From NCBI GenBank assembly GCA_021735045.1, contig JAIPHU010000004.1, forward strand, positions 39,888 to 71,887: 32,000 nt of DNA, given 5' to 3'. The notes beneath the pieces are model-generated. The model made no database searches. It saw only the letters and a list, made by a program, of their open reading frames with translations, and had not been told where the DNA came from. The position numbers and the translations under genes were made by a program. This document shows, piece by piece, positions 17,067-27,568 of this stretch. Within the stretch, counting starts at the first letter, position 1; the number at the start of each line of letters is the position of its first letter. The stretch comes from Candidatus Omnitrophota bacterium. Its GTDB lineage: Bacteria > Omnitrophota > Gorgyraeia > Duberdicusellales > 4484-171.

Positions 17067-18404
17067 ATGATTTATAAAAGCAAAAAACAGATCTTAGATA
17101 GCAAAAAAATAGAAGCCAAAGGTAAAACTTTTGAGGTAAAAGATATTGCTTATTTTAAAAACAATATCTTACCTAACTTAGTTGATACAATTATCTTAAG
17201 TGAATCAAAGAATCTTAAAAATTTTTGTTATCAACTCGCTTATAGCTGCGGGCTATCTTTGGGGATATATCCAGCTTCTATTCAAGCCTTATATCGGGCT
17301 TGCGGAAAAAAAGAAACAGGTGGCTTTTGTGTACCAGCTATAAATTTGCGAACTTTGACTTTTGAACTAGCTCAAACTATATTTGAAATTGCAAAAAAAA
17401 TAAATTCTAATCTCTTTATCTTTGAAATAGCCGAATCAGAGATTGGTTATACTTGGCAGTCACCGCAAGAATATTCTGCCTTGGTTACCCTGGCTGCGAT
17501 TAAACAAGATTATTCTGGGCCGCTTTTTTTCCAAGGCGACCACTTTCAAGTTGAAGTATCAAAATACAAAAAAGACCCTAAACAACATATAAAAAATCTA
17601 AAAAAGCTTATCAAGCAGTCTATTGACGCTGGTTTTTATAATATTGATATTGACTCATCAACTTTAGTTGATCTGTCAAAAAAAGAATTAGACGCCCAGC
17701 AAAAATTAAATTATAAACTTTGTGCATATTTTACAAAATATTTACGCAAAATTCAGCCTAAAGGAGTAGAAATCTCGATTGGCGGAGAGATCGGCGAGGT
17801 AGGAGGTGTTAACTCTGAGCCTAAAGACCTTAATGCATTTATGCAGGGCTATTTAAAAGAAATTGCTAAACTAGAAGGGATATCTAAGATCAGTGTACAA
17901 ACGGGGACAAAACACGGAGGAGTTGTTCTTCCGGACGGCTCTATTGCCAAGGCAAAGATAGATTTAAATACATTGGATAAACTTTCAAAACTTGCCAAAG
18001 ACAACTATCAACTAGCCGGTGCTGTCCAGCATGGAGCTTCAACTCTACCCAACGAAGCTTTTCATCACTTTCCTAAACGTGGCTGCATAGAGGTCCACCT
18101 TGCAACCCAGTTTCAAAACATCATCTATGATTATATGCCCCTGCCTTTAAAAGAAAAAATATATTCTTGGCTAGATAAAAACTGCTATCAAGAAAGAAAA
18201 AAAGAGTGGACCGATGATCAATTTATCTACAGGTTAAGAAAAAAAGCTTTAGGTCCATTTAAAAAAGAGATCTATCAGCTGCCTACAGAACTTAAAGACA
18301 AAATCAAGGCTATTTTAAGCCAAGAATTTTCTTTTTTATTCGATAAGTTAAATTTAAAAAATAAAAAAAATATTGTTGATAAATATATCAGGAGGTTAAC
18401 ATGA
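17067..18404 (+). CDS. class II (metal-dependent) ketose/fructose-bisphosphate aldolase family protein, long form
   Basis: [22 protein letters not shown] and QHGASTLP resemble class II aldolase metal and phosphate motifs. At 445 aa it is longer than typical FbaA. Confidence 0.65.
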   Translation: MIYKSKKQILDSKKIEAKGKTFEVKDIAYFKNNILPNLVDTIILSESKNLKNFCYQLAYSCGLSLGIYPASIQALYRACGKKETGGFCVPAINLRTLTFELAQTIFEIAKKINSNLFIFEIAESEIGYTWQSPQEYSALVTLAAIKQDYSGPLFFQGDHFQVEVSKYKKDPKQHIKNLKKLIKQSIDAGFYNIDIDSSTLVDLSKKELDAQQKLNYKLCAYFTKYLRKIQPKGVEISIGGEIGEVGGVNSEPKDLNAFMQGYLKEIAKLEGISKISVQTGTKHGGVVLPDGSIAKAKIDLNTLDKLSKLAKDNYQLAGAVQHGASTLPNEAFHHFPKRGCIEVHLATQFQNIIYDYMPLPLKEKIYSWLDKNCYQERKKEWTDDQFIYRLRKKALGPFKKEIYQLPTELKDKIKAILSQEFSFLFDKLNLKNKKNIVDKYIRRLT

Positions 18405-20062
18405 ACTCGGATAAAGCAAAAAAAGGCCTAGAAAGAATGCCCAATCGCTCTCTTCTTTATGGAACTGGTATCCACTCTGATCATATGAGACGCCCCTTTA
18501 TCGGCATAGCTTCAAGTTTTACCGACATAATCCCCGGCCATATTAATATGAGAACTTTAGAAAGATATATCGAACGAGGCGTAGAAAATGGAAATGGTAC
18601 ACCATTTATCTTTGGAGTCCCTGGTATCTGTGATGGAATTGCCATGGGGCATCACGGCATGAAATATTCATTGCCTTCTCGCGAACTTATCGCTGATACA
18701 ATTGAAACGGTTGCTAGCGCTCATAGCTTAGATGGTTTAATACTTTTAACTAACTGCGACAAAATTACCCCCGGAATGATTATGGGTGCATTACGCATAA
18801 ATATTCCTACAATAGTAGTTACTGCCGGGCCGATGCTTGCCGGACATTCTGGTAAAAAAAGGTTATCTTTGGTCCGAGATACTTTTGAAGCAGTAGGTAA
18901 ATTCAAAGCAGGCCAGCTCAAAGAAGAAGAAAGAAAAAAACTAGAAATATCTGCTTGTCCTTCTTGTGGGTCTTGCCAAGGGCTTTACACTGCAAATACT
19001 ATGGCCTGTCTTACCGAAACCATGGGGCTTTCTTTGCCATATTGCGGAACGGCTCCAGCTGTTTTAAACGAAAAGATAAGAATAGCCTATGAAAGTGGCC
19101 AGAGGATAATGAAACTAGTTAAACAAAAAATAACTGCAAAAAAAATTGTTACTAAACGTTCCTTAGAAAATGCAATTCGCCTGGATATGGCTTTAGGTGG
19201 TTCAACCAACACTGTCTTACACCTTATGGCTATTGCAGCTGAAGCCGGAGTTAACTTAACTTTAACTGATTTTGATAAAATTAGTCAAAAAACACCGCAT
19301 ATCTCTAATCTTCGTCCTGGTGGAGAAAGTTTTATCGAAGACTTACATTTTGCCGGAGGAATTCCCGCTGTTTTAAAAAGGTTAGCCACAAAGATAAACA
19401 GCACTAGAACTGTATCGGGAAAAACTACTTTAAAGATAGCAGAAGAAGCTACTATCTTTGACCACGATATAATCCGGCCGTTAAATAAACCCTATCATAA
19501 AAAAGGTGGAATAGCTATCTTAAAGGGAAATTTGGCACCTCAAGGAGCTGTAGTAAAACAATCAGCTGTCGATGCAGATATGCTCACCTTTACCGGATGC
19601 GCAAAGATATTTAACTCCGAAGAAGAGGCAATGAAAGCAATTACTGGCAAAAAAATAAAAAAAGGCGATGTAGTTGTTATTAGGTATGAAGGCCCAAGCG
19701 GAGGCCCAGGAATGCGAGAAATGCTTTCGCCTACCTCAAGTATTGTGGGCATGGGGCTTCATAAACATGTTGCTTTAATTACTGACGGCCGTTTTTCCGG
19801 TGGCACCCGCGGCCCTTGTATTGGACATATATCACCAGAGGCAGCATCAGGAGGTTTAATTGGTTATTTAATCAATGGCGATAAAATTACAATTGATATT
19901 CCTAAACGTAAAATAAATGTTGATTTAACAACTAAACAAATCAAAGAACGAAAAAAGAAAATAAAATTATTAGCTTCAAAAGTTAAAACAGGCTATCTCT
20001 ATCGCTATTCTAGATCAACAAGTTCAGCTTCGACTGGAGCAGTTTATAAGGATAATCAATAA
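18401..20062 (+). CDS. ilvD: dihydroxy-acid dehydratase (IlvD/Edd family)
   Basis: [26 protein letters not shown] and TDGRFSGGT motifs; 553 aa. Confidence 0.9.
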   Translation: MNSDKAKKGLERMPNRSLLYGTGIHSDHMRRPFIGIASSFTDIIPGHINMRTLERYIERGVENGNGTPFIFGVPGICDGIAMGHHGMKYSLPSRELIADTIETVASAHSLDGLILLTNCDKITPGMIMGALRINIPTIVVTAGPMLAGHSGKKRLSLVRDTFEAVGKFKAGQLKEEERKKLEISACPSCGSCQGLYTANTMACLTETMGLSLPYCGTAPAVLNEKIRIAYESGQRIMKLVKQKITAKKIVTKRSLENAIRLDMALGGSTNTVLHLMAIAAEAGVNLTLTDFDKISQKTPHISNLRPGGESFIEDLHFAGGIPAVLKRLATKINSTRTVSGKTTLKIAEEATIFDHDIIRPLNKPYHKKGGIAILKGNLAPQGAVVKQSAVDADMLTFTGCAKIFNSEEEAMKAITGKKIKKGDVVVIRYEGPSGGPGMREMLSPTSSIVGMGLHKHVALITDGRFSGGTRGPCIGHISPEAASGGLIGYLINGDKITIDIPKRKINVDLTTKQIKERKKKIKLLASKVKTGYLYRYSRSTSSASTGAVYKDNQ

Positions 20063-20087
20063 AGATACGATTTATTCTAAAAGTTAG

Positions 20088-20116
20088 TTGACAAGCTGAT
20101 TAGGCTCTGCTATTAT
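20088..20116 (+). promoter_or_regulatory. sigma70-like promoter, TTGACA-N17-TATTAT
   Basis: ttgaca at 20088-20093 and tattat at 20111-20116, upstream of mreB. Confidence 0.55.
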
Positions 20117-20145
20117 TTGCTATATAGTTTAAACCAATAAATAAA

Positions 20146-21204
20146 ATGCAATTTATTTCAAATAGTTTAAAAAAATTAAGTTACTTATTTGATTCTTTTT
20201 CTTCCGATATTGGGATTGATCTAGGTACTGCTACCACCTTAGTCTATCTACGCGGCGAAGGAATTGTTCTTTGTGAGCCATCGGTAGTAGCTATCTATAA
20301 AAATACTGGCACTCCTATGGCTGTTGGCGAAGAAGCTAAACAAATGCTTGGCAGGACTCCCGGCAGTATTATTGCAATCCGACCTTTAAAAGACGGAGTT
20401 ATTGCTGATTTTGATATTACCGAAGAGATGCTTCGCTATTTTATAAAAAAAGCTCACCCAAGAAAAATATCTATTGGCCCAAGAATTGTAGTTGCTGTTC
20501 CTTCTGGAATTACCGAAGTAGAAAAAAGGGCTGTTAAAGATTCTGCAAACCGCGCCGGAGCCAGAGAAGTAATACCGGTTGAAGAACCAATTGTTGCTGC
20601 AATTGGGGTAGGCTTGCCTATCGCAGAACCTCAAGGAAATATGATAATTGATATTGGCGGAGGAACAACTGAAATTGCAGTTATCTCTTTGGGAGGAATT
20701 GTTCATTCTCGTTCAATACGAACCGGCGGAGATGAAATGGATTCATCGATCATTGATTATATGAAGAAAAATTATAATCTAATGGTTGGTGAAAGAACTG
20801 CTGAAGAAATAAAGATTAAACTCGGTTCTGCTTGGCCACTTAAAAATGAAACAGAGCTTGAAGTAAGAGGAAGAGATTTAATTACCGGCCTTCCTAAATT
20901 CATAAAGACTAGCTCTCAAGAAATTAGAGAGGCCTTACAAAATCCATTAAAAGAAATAATTGAGACCACAAAAGTTACCTTAGAAAGAACCCCGCCAGAG
21001 CTAGCAGCAGATTTAATTGAACGGGGCATAGTTTTATGTGGCGGAGGTGCACTGCTGAGAGGAATTGACAAGTTAATTTCTGAAGAAACTGGACTTGCTT
21101 GTTTTGTAGCTGATGACCCTTTAACTGCAGTAGCACTGGGAACAGGAAAAATATTAGAGTCACCAAAATTCTTAAAGAAGCTTTCCCTTGTATCTACCTT
21201 CTAA
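20146..21204 (+). CDS. mreB: rod shape-determining protein MreB
   Basis: [25 protein letters not shown] and CGGGALLRG actin-fold motifs. Confidence 0.95.
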   Translation: MQFISNSLKKLSYLFDSFSSDIGIDLGTATTLVYLRGEGIVLCEPSVVAIYKNTGTPMAVGEEAKQMLGRTPGSIIAIRPLKDGVIADFDITEEMLRYFIKKAHPRKISIGPRIVVAVPSGITEVEKRAVKDSANRAGAREVIPVEEPIVAAIGVGLPIAEPQGNMIIDIGGGTTEIAVISLGGIVHSRSIRTGGDEMDSSIIDYMKKNYNLMVGERTAEEIKIKLGSAWPLKNETELEVRGRDLITGLPKFIKTSSQEIREALQNPLKEIIETTKVTLERTPPELAADLIERGIVLCGGGALLRGIDKLISEETGLACFVADDPLTAVALGTGKILESPKFLKKLSLVSTF

Positions 21205-21913
21205 AAAAATTAAATATGGTGTTTTCGTTGTTGTAGTAGCCATCCTGGCCTTCAACGTATTTCGGAAACCTTCCCAGATCCTTATGCTTTCTTTATCCGA
21301 AAGTTTTTCTTCTCTTTCGAAATCATCTTACCAAAACAAGCTAGATCAACTACGTAAGAAAAACTTAAAATATCAACTTAAGCTGAAACAATTTAAGAAC
21401 TTATCTGAAGAAAACAAGCTGTTACGGGAAGCACTTAATTTTAAAAATAAAGATGACCTTGGCTTAATTGGTGCAGAAATTATAGCTTTTGCGCCTTCAA
21501 GTTGGCATAAGTATATTTTTTTAAATCTAGGTAAAAATAAAAAGGTAAAAAAAAATATGCTTGTAGTAGATAAAGATGGCAATTTAATTGGAAAAATAGA
21601 AGAAGTTTATCCACAACGCTGTAAAGTTATTTTGATTAAAAATCCAGACTTTCAAACTCCAGTTTCAATTAACAATCGAGTCCTTGGCTTACTCCAGGGA
21701 ACTCTTTCGGGAGTAGAGGTTCTTTATATAGAAAAATCAAACCAAATAAATATTTCTGAACCAATTTATGCTGCTTTTTCTCCTTTTAATTCTGTAGTAA
21801 AAGTAGGGGAAATTTCTAAAATTAAAACAAATAAAAGTGATCTTTTTTACGAGGTTCAAGTTGATACTTCTGCAAAAGACAAGTTACCTCAAGTTGTTTT
21901 TATCTTAAAATGA
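21188..21913 (+). CDS. mreC: rod shape-determining protein MreC
   Basis: N-terminal TM helix, coiled coil, then a beta-rich domain; position between mreB and mreD. The TTG start is uncertain. Confidence 0.7.
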   Translation: MYLPSKKIKYGVFVVVVAILAFNVFRKPSQILMLSLSESFSSLSKSSYQNKLDQLRKKNLKYQLKLKQFKNLSEENKLLREALNFKNKDDLGLIGAEIIAFAPSSWHKYIFLNLGKNKKVKKNMLVVDKDGNLIGKIEEVYPQRCKVILIKNPDFQTPVSINNRVLGLLQGTLSGVEVLYIEKSNQINISEPIYAAFSPFNSVVKVGEISKIKTNKSDLFYEVQVDTSAKDKLPQVVFILK

Positions 21914-22410
21914 GTAAAAAAAATTTAAAAATTATAGGTATTATCTTATTAGCTCTTTTAATAGATATTCTTAGGCCCTTTGATTATTTTTTTTTAGTCA
22001 ACCTTACCTTTTTGACTATAATTATTTTATCTTTTCACAATAATTTGTTTTTTAGCCTCTTTACTTCTCTATTTGCCGGTTTTGCCCAAGATACTTTAGT
22101 TTTTTCATCAAATTTATTTTACACTATAGAATACCCTCTGATAGTTATAGCTGTATTTTTGCTAAATAATTTCCTAAAGTTTATAAAAACAAGACATCAC
22201 CCCTTAATTCCAAAAGCAATAATCGCAGCTTTTTTAATATTAGTGCATTCTTTCTTAAATATTTTAAGAATAGGTTCTGGTAATTTTTCTTTTTTAACTT
22301 ATTTTTTTATCCAATCCTATCTTGTTTTTTTTCTTATCGATAATATTTTGGAAAAAGCGCTAAAACCTAAACGCTATCAACTTTTTAACAAAAAAGATTA
22401 TGTTATTTAA
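21910..22410 (+). CDS. mreD: rod shape-determining protein MreD
   Basis: 166-aa polytopic membrane protein in the canonical mreBCD position; ATGA overlap with mreC. Confidence 0.65.
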   Translation: MSKKNLKIIGIILLALLIDILRPFDYFFLVNLTFLTIIILSFHNNLFFSLFTSLFAGFAQDTLVFSSNLFYTIEYPLIVIAVFLLNNFLKFIKTRHHPLIPKAIIAAFLILVHSFLNILRIGSGNFSFLTYFFIQSYLVFFLIDNILEKALKPKRYQLFNKKDYVI

Positions 22411-24133
22411 TCCAAAAAGCTTTTTTTCTAAAAACCAGTCTTCTGTTAAACTACTTAAGAGAGTTGTCCTAATTAGTTTTTCTCTTCTTTTATTGGTGCT
22501 TTTTAACTACCAAATAACTAAAGGCAGTTACTATCTAAGGCGGGCTCAAAATAACTATGTTCGAGTAATACCTCTATATTCATTACGTGGCTCTATATTT
22601 GATCGAAATGGTGTAGTTTTAGCCAAAGATATGGCATCTTTTAATCTTGCCGTGTTTCCTTATCAGATAAAAAATAAAAAAGATAGTTTATTTAAAAAAA
22701 TATCTCAGGATCTTGGTTTAGATCAAAAAATAATTTATAAAAACTATAAAAAAAATTTAAGGGGTTTTTTTAGCCCTACCAATATAGTTACCAATATTAG
22801 CAAAAAAAAAGCACTTCACTTAAAAGAAGCTTATCCTAAAAGTTTATCGATTAATCCTACTCCGCAGAGAAAATATCTTAGGCCTCTAGAAACAGCTCAT
22901 ATCTTAGGTTATGTCAAAAAAGCATCTTCCTTAAAAAAACAGTTAAAAAAATATGGATATAAACCGTTAGAGCGAATTGGAATTTATGGCATCGAACAAT
23001 ATTATGACTCTTACCTAAAAGGAAAAAATGGTGGTGACTTAATCGAAGTTGATGCAGCCGGAAATGTAGTAGGTTTCCTGGGACGAAAAAGAGCTTATAG
23101 AGGTAAGGATATATACTTGACAATTGATAGTAGGGCTCAAGAAATAGCTAAAAAATCACTCAACAAAAGGAAAGGAACGATTATTTTTCTTGATTCAAAC
23201 TCTGGAGAAATAATTACTTTATATTCTTCACCTTCCTTTGACCCAAACCTTTTTATTAAAGGTAAAGACCTGGGCTCAATATATAAAAATAAAGCAAGCC
23301 CCTTGATAAACCGTGCCACCCAAAGTACTTTCCCAGTTGGATCTTTAATTAAACCTCTGCTTGCTATTGCCGGCCTTCAAGAAAACAAAATAAAACCAAC
23401 AACAACCTTTAACTGTAAAGGCCATCTTGTTTTAGGAAGTAATCGTTTCAAGTGTTGGGGTACCCATGGAGTTCAAGATCTATATCAAGCTCTAGCTCAT
23501 TCTTGTAATATTTATTTTTATAAGTTAGGATTAATAATTGGTCCCAAAAAGATCAGTAGTTGGGCTAAAAAATTTGGCCTAGATTCAAAAACTTTTATCG
23601 ATCTCCCTTATGAAAAAAAAGGTTTTGTGCCATCACCTCAATGGAAAAAGGACAAATTTAACCAAAGCTGGTATGCAGGCGACACCCTTAATTTATCAAT
23701 TGGCCAAGGTTATCTACACACAACACCACTTGCAATAACTTTAGCCATAAACTCAATAGCTAACCAAGGCTATCTTGTTGAACCGATATTGCTTAAAGAA
23801 GTAGAGGATGCAGAGGCTTCACTTGCCTTTAGGAGAACCTTAAATATAGCTGGAGAAAATCTTAAAATTGTCAAAAAAGGTTTAAGAAAAACAGTTAATC
23901 AATCTTCTGGTACAGCTAGAATACTTAAGAACCTCTCTTTAGAAATTTCTGGAAAAACCGGGACTGCTCAAACCAGCGGCAGGTCACATGGATGGTTTGT
24001 TGGTTTTTTCCCCTACAAACAGCCAAAATATACAATCTCGGTATTTTTAGAAAATGGTGGATCTAGCCATCAAGCTCTACGGATCGCCTATAGTTTTCTT
24101 GATAAATTAAAAAGAAATAATATTATAAAATAG
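22400..24133 (+). CDS. mrdA: penicillin-binding protein 2 (elongasome transpeptidase)
   Basis: N-terminal TM helix, SLIK (SxxK), SCN (SxN) and KTGT (KTG) motifs; lies upstream of rodA. Confidence 0.9.
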   Translation: MLFNPKSFFSKNQSSVKLLKRVVLISFSLLLLVLFNYQITKGSYYLRRAQNNYVRVIPLYSLRGSIFDRNGVVLAKDMASFNLAVFPYQIKNKKDSLFKKISQDLGLDQKIIYKNYKKNLRGFFSPTNIVTNISKKKALHLKEAYPKSLSINPTPQRKYLRPLETAHILGYVKKASSLKKQLKKYGYKPLERIGIYGIEQYYDSYLKGKNGGDLIEVDAAGNVVGFLGRKRAYRGKDIYLTIDSRAQEIAKKSLNKRKGTIIFLDSNSGEIITLYSSPSFDPNLFIKGKDLGSIYKNKASPLINRATQSTFPVGSLIKPLLAIAGLQENKIKPTTTFNCKGHLVLGSNRFKCWGTHGVQDLYQALAHSCNIYFYKLGLIIGPKKISSWAKKFGLDSKTFIDLPYEKKGFVPSPQWKKDKFNQSWYAGDTLNLSIGQGYLHTTPLAITLAINSIANQGYLVEPILLKEVEDAEASLAFRRTLNIAGENLKIVKKGLRKTVNQSSGTARILKNLSLEISGKTGTAQTSGRSHGWFVGFFPYKQPKYTISVFLENGGSSHQALRIAYSFLDKLKRNNIIK

Positions 24134-24139
24134 AACAAA

Positions 24140-25237
24140 ATGAATTTTTTAAAAAGAATTAGCAAGGAATTTACCGGTTTAAAGACAATAGTTTTATCTC
24201 TAGTTCTACTTAATTTAATAAGTATAGCTTCTCTTTACAGTAGCCTACATCAACAAGGTCAATTTGTCGGAGGCGACTTTTTTAGTAAACAATTAACCTG
24301 GATTGCTTTTTCCTGGATTGTTTTTATAATTTTTAACTTTATAAACTACCGCCTTTATTATAATTTATCTTTTATAATTTATACCTTAAGTATAATTTTA
24401 ATTGGAGCGGTTTATTTTACCGGACATGAAGCTATGGGAGCTCAACGCTGGCTTTCAATCGGTGGTTTTAGTTTCCAGCCTTCGGAGTTATCTAAACTAG
24501 CGATTATAATAGTTATGGCCCGTTTTTTTTCCCATCCGCCGGCCAATAATTTTTTAAAAGATTTTTTCCTACCTTTTTCTTTTGTAGGTTTATCTGCTTT
24601 TATAATTTTTAGCCAGCCTGACTTAGGTACAGCCATAATGGTGATTTTGATAGCCTTTGCTATAGGACTTTTTTCAAAAGTTAATAAAAAATATTTTGTC
24701 TGGGTTTTAATCGCTGTCTTAATCGCGGCTCCTTTTAGTTGGACTTTTCTTAAAAGTTATCAAAAAAAACGATTAACTGCTTTTGTTAACCCAAACATTG
24801 ACCCCCTTGGATCTGGTTATACAATAATTCAATCAAAGATTGCAATTGGTTCAGGCCAAGTTTTTGGTAAAGGATTTCTAGCCGGTACGCAAAACCAATT
24901 TAACTTTTTACCAGAAAGGCATACTGATTTTATCTTTACGGTTATTGCCGAAGAATGGGGGTTTTTAGGTTCTCTTTTTCTTCTTTTTATCTATTGGTTA
25001 ATAATCAAAAAAATATTTGACCGATTAAAAAAAATTCGAGATCCTTTTGCCTACTATTTAACTGTAGGTATTGGTATCTATTTTTTTCTTCACGTATTTA
25101 TAAATATCGGAATGACCCTGGGAATCTTTCCGGTTGTTGGTCTACCTCTACTTTTTGTTAGCTACGGAGGCTCTCATCTTATATCCAGTTTTATCCTTTT
25201 AGGAATATTCTTTAATATCTCACGAAATTATAAATAA
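24140..25237 (+). CDS. rodA: SEDS-family peptidoglycan glycosyltransferase RodA
   Basis: QPSELSKL, QPDLGTA and PERHTDFIF motifs in a polytopic protein; genomic context. Confidence 0.9.
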   Translation: MNFLKRISKEFTGLKTIVLSLVLLNLISIASLYSSLHQQGQFVGGDFFSKQLTWIAFSWIVFIIFNFINYRLYYNLSFIIYTLSIILIGAVYFTGHEAMGAQRWLSIGGFSFQPSELSKLAIIIVMARFFSHPPANNFLKDFFLPFSFVGLSAFIIFSQPDLGTAIMVILIAFAIGLFSKVNKKYFVWVLIAVLIAAPFSWTFLKSYQKKRLTAFVNPNIDPLGSGYTIIQSKIAIGSGQVFGKGFLAGTQNQFNFLPERHTDFIFTVIAEEWGFLGSLFLLFIYWLIIKKIFDRLKKIRDPFAYYLTVGIGIYFFLHVFINIGMTLGIFPVVGLPLLFVSYGGSHLISSFILLGIFFNISRNYK

Positions 25238-25250
25238 GAACAACTAAATA

Positions 25251-26885
25251 ATGTTTAATTTTTCAAAGTTTCAAAAACCACAACGCTATATCGGCAATGA
25301 GTTAAATGTAATCAAAAAAGATCATTACAAAAAAACCTCCTTCTGTCTTTGTTACCCCAACCTTTATGAGATTGGAATGGATAATTTAGGCCTACGAATC
25401 ATCTATGGCCTCCTCAATTCTTACCCTGATATTGTTTGTGAACGTTGTTTTTTACCCGGCTCAGATCTTCAGGAATTTTTAGAAAAAAAACATCAGCCAT
25501 TGTTTTCACTGGAGACTAAAACGCCTTTGCTTGATTTTGATTTAATTGGATTTAACTTTGGCTATGAACTGAATTATTTAAATTTTCTCCAAATGCTTGA
25601 AAGTGGAGGGGTCTGTTTAAAAAGCAAAAATCGTAAAAAGATAATCGTCTTGGGCGGCGGAGTTGCTAACCCAGAGCCCTTGGCAGATTTTGTCGATGTT
25701 TTTTGCCTGGGAGATTTTGAGGCAGTATCGAATAAGCTGGTTGAAGTGTTACGAAAACACAAAGATAAGGCCAGCCGCCTAAAAGAACTTTCACAAAGGG
25801 AAAGTTTTTATGTCCCCCAATTTTATGACTTATCTTTTTCTAAGAACTATTATCAATTAGAAAAAAAGTACCGCAAAGCAAATCCTATAATCAAACAAAG
25901 TAAAGTCAAAAATTTAGATAAAAGTTTTTTTCCACTTAATTGGATAACTCCTCATACTAAACTCACTCAAGATAGAGTACCAATTGAGATAGCAAGAGGC
26001 TGTCCTAATAACTGCAATTTTTGCCAAGCTAGAAATATCTATTATCCTTATCGGGAAAAAAAAGTTAAAACTATTTTAAATACAATTAAAACTGTATATA
26101 AAAATAGCGGTTACGAAAGGTTCTCGTTACTCTCACTTTCTACCTCTAACTACTCACAGATAAAAAAGCTAATAAATGCTATTTTTCCTTTTATAAAGGA
26201 AAATAAAATTTCTATAAACTTACCTTCCTTAAGGATTGGAGATGAAATTGAACCTCTTTATAAAAAACTACTGACAATCCAAAAGACATCACTAACTGTA
26301 GCTATAGAAGCCGGTAGGCCCTATCTTAGAAAAAAAATAAATAAAAATATTGCGGTTGATAAGTTATTTGATTCTGCTGCTAGCTTGCATAGTCTAGGCC
26401 TAAGGATGATTAAGGTTTACTTTATGTATGGCTTCCCCAAAGAAGAGAAAAAAGATCTTTTAGCTATAGGTAATCTCATAAAAAACCTGCTGAAAAAAAC
26501 TCCTTTTAAAATTAACATCAGTATTAATTTGTTTATTCCCAAACCATTTTCGCCGTGGGAAAATAAGCCGCTTTTAGGCCCCGCTAAAGCGAAAAACAAC
26601 AAAAAGATTATTTTAACTAATATACCCAGGAGTAAACGGCTTAAAATTTCTTTTTCCAATATTGATACAAGTTTAATCGAGGCTATAATTTCACGGGGCG
26701 ACCGCAACCTTGGCCCCGTATTTGTGCAATTGCACAAACGAAGAAAAGAACTTATTGAAAAAAATTTATTATTTAGTTGGCCGGCCTGGAAAGATATTTT
26801 AGAAAAAAAAGGTATTAATTGGCAAAGATATATTAAATCTGAAACAAAAAACTTTCCTTGGTCTTTTATTAAGGATAAAGGATAA
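25251..26885 (+). CDS. radical SAM protein with an N-terminal B12-binding-like domain (TIGR03960-like)
   Basis: CPNNCNFC (CxxxCxxC) cluster motif. Size and its position before a DUF2344-like ORF and after rodA match a synteny seen in other bacteria. Confidence 0.8.
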   Translation: MFNFSKFQKPQRYIGNELNVIKKDHYKKTSFCLCYPNLYEIGMDNLGLRIIYGLLNSYPDIVCERCFLPGSDLQEFLEKKHQPLFSLETKTPLLDFDLIGFNFGYELNYLNFLQMLESGGVCLKSKNRKKIIVLGGGVANPEPLADFVDVFCLGDFEAVSNKLVEVLRKHKDKASRLKELSQRESFYVPQFYDLSFSKNYYQLEKKYRKANPIIKQSKVKNLDKSFFPLNWITPHTKLTQDRVPIEIARGCPNNCNFCQARNIYYPYREKKVKTILNTIKTVYKNSGYERFSLLSLSTSNYSQIKKLINAIFPFIKENKISINLPSLRIGDEIEPLYKKLLTIQKTSLTVAIEAGRPYLRKKINKNIAVDKLFDSAASLHSLGLRMIKVYFMYGFPKEEKKDLLAIGNLIKNLLKKTPFKINISINLFIPKPFSPWENKPLLGPAKAKNNKKIILTNIPRSKRLKISFSNIDTSLIEAIISRGDRNLGPVFVQLHKRRKELIEKNLLFSWPAWKDILEKKGINWQRYIKSETKNFPWSFIKDKG

Positions 26886-26916
26886 AGGTTAAAGGTTAAA
26901 GGATTAAAGATGAGGT

Positions 26917-27222
26917 ATGCAGGATATTAAATTTCCAGTTAGTTTAAAAATAGAAAAAAAGGGAAAGATGGTCTATTTTTCTCAACTTGACTTATCCCTT
27001 ACCCTCAAAAGAGCCCTGCGGCGGACCGACTTGCCTAACTACTTTACAAAAGGATTTAGGCCGCATATCAAAGTTAGTTTTAAAGGAGCTCTAAAACTTG
27101 GCGAACAAGGAAACCTTCCGCTAACTTTTTATTTCAAAAAAAGAGTAGATCCTGAAAAAGTTATTATAAAATTAAATTTCGAACTTCCTGAAGGGCTCAA
27201 AATAAAAAAGCCTAACGAATAA
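26917..27222 (+). CDS. short DUF2344 (TIGR03936-like) radical-SAM-associated protein, probably truncated
   Basis: YFSQLDLSLTLKRALRRTDLPNYFTKGFRPHIKVSF matches the family's N-terminal signature. At 101 aa it is about half the usual length. Confidence 0.55.
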   Translation: MQDIKFPVSLKIEKKGKMVYFSQLDLSLTLKRALRRTDLPNYFTKGFRPHIKVSFKGALKLGEQGNLPLTFYFKKRVDPEKVIIKLNFELPEGLKIKKPNE

Positions 27223-27568
27223 TTAACTGTGAAGATATCTTTTTTGCTTGGAAAAATTGCTTGGTAAACTTTCTGGCTTTTTTGTGGTCATATGGTTGAC
27301 AAGAAAAGATATTAATATAGGCTGTCAGCCATTTATCGGAGAAATGTCCCGTTATTGAACTGGTTTCAATAAGCTGTACTAAAGAATACCCTTTGGTAAA
27401 ATCTTTATTCTTACCAAAATATTTTAATATTGTTTTGCCGAACTTTTTCATATTGATTAACTCACAAAGTTGATCAACGTAGCATTGCAACTTCTTTTTT
27501 GAAGACAAAATATCTAAGTTACAACCATTTAAGTTAATAATTAATTCATAGCCGTATGTTTTTTTCAT
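27212..27568 (-). CDS. divergent S-adenosylmethionine decarboxylase-fold paralogue (SpeH-like), substrate unknown
   Basis: Collinear with SpeH: G.ELI..L.GC ... GYSLVQLIETSSITGHF ... IFSC. The ESH/HTWPE motifs are replaced by ETSS/GHFSD. ATGA overlap with speE. Confidence 0.6.
   Translation of the reverse strand: MKKTYGYELIINLNGCNLDILSSKKKLQCYVDQLCELINMKKFGKTILKYFGKNKDFTKGYSLVQLIETSSITGHFSDKWLTAYINIFSCQPYDHKKARKFTKQFFQAKKISSQLIIR

Noticed and set aside
2422-26737. Antisense ORFs in the track nested within longer genes: 2422-2625, 2886-3071, 4231-4440, 4959-5230, 5719-5949, 7653-7919, 9080-9400, 9673-9948, 10264-10446, 11129-11365, 12079-12273, 12568-12777, 13004-13258, 13957-14160, 15476-15817, 16285-16569, 18721-18921, 19540-19752, 20386-20706, 20975-21166, 21373-21582, 22914-23319, 24442-24636, 25574-25762 and 26417-26737
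   Set aside because: Each lies wholly inside, and opposite to, a longer ORF with clear family motifs (13004-13258 spans the ruvA/scpB junction). They lack ribosome-binding sites and have low-complexity composition typical of shadow ORFs in AT-rich DNA.
26871-26909. A CRISPR or other spaced repeat array
   Set aside because: These are contiguous 7-nt units with no spacers, spanning only about 40 nt. Nothing else in the window shows repeats of 25-40 nt with regular spacing.
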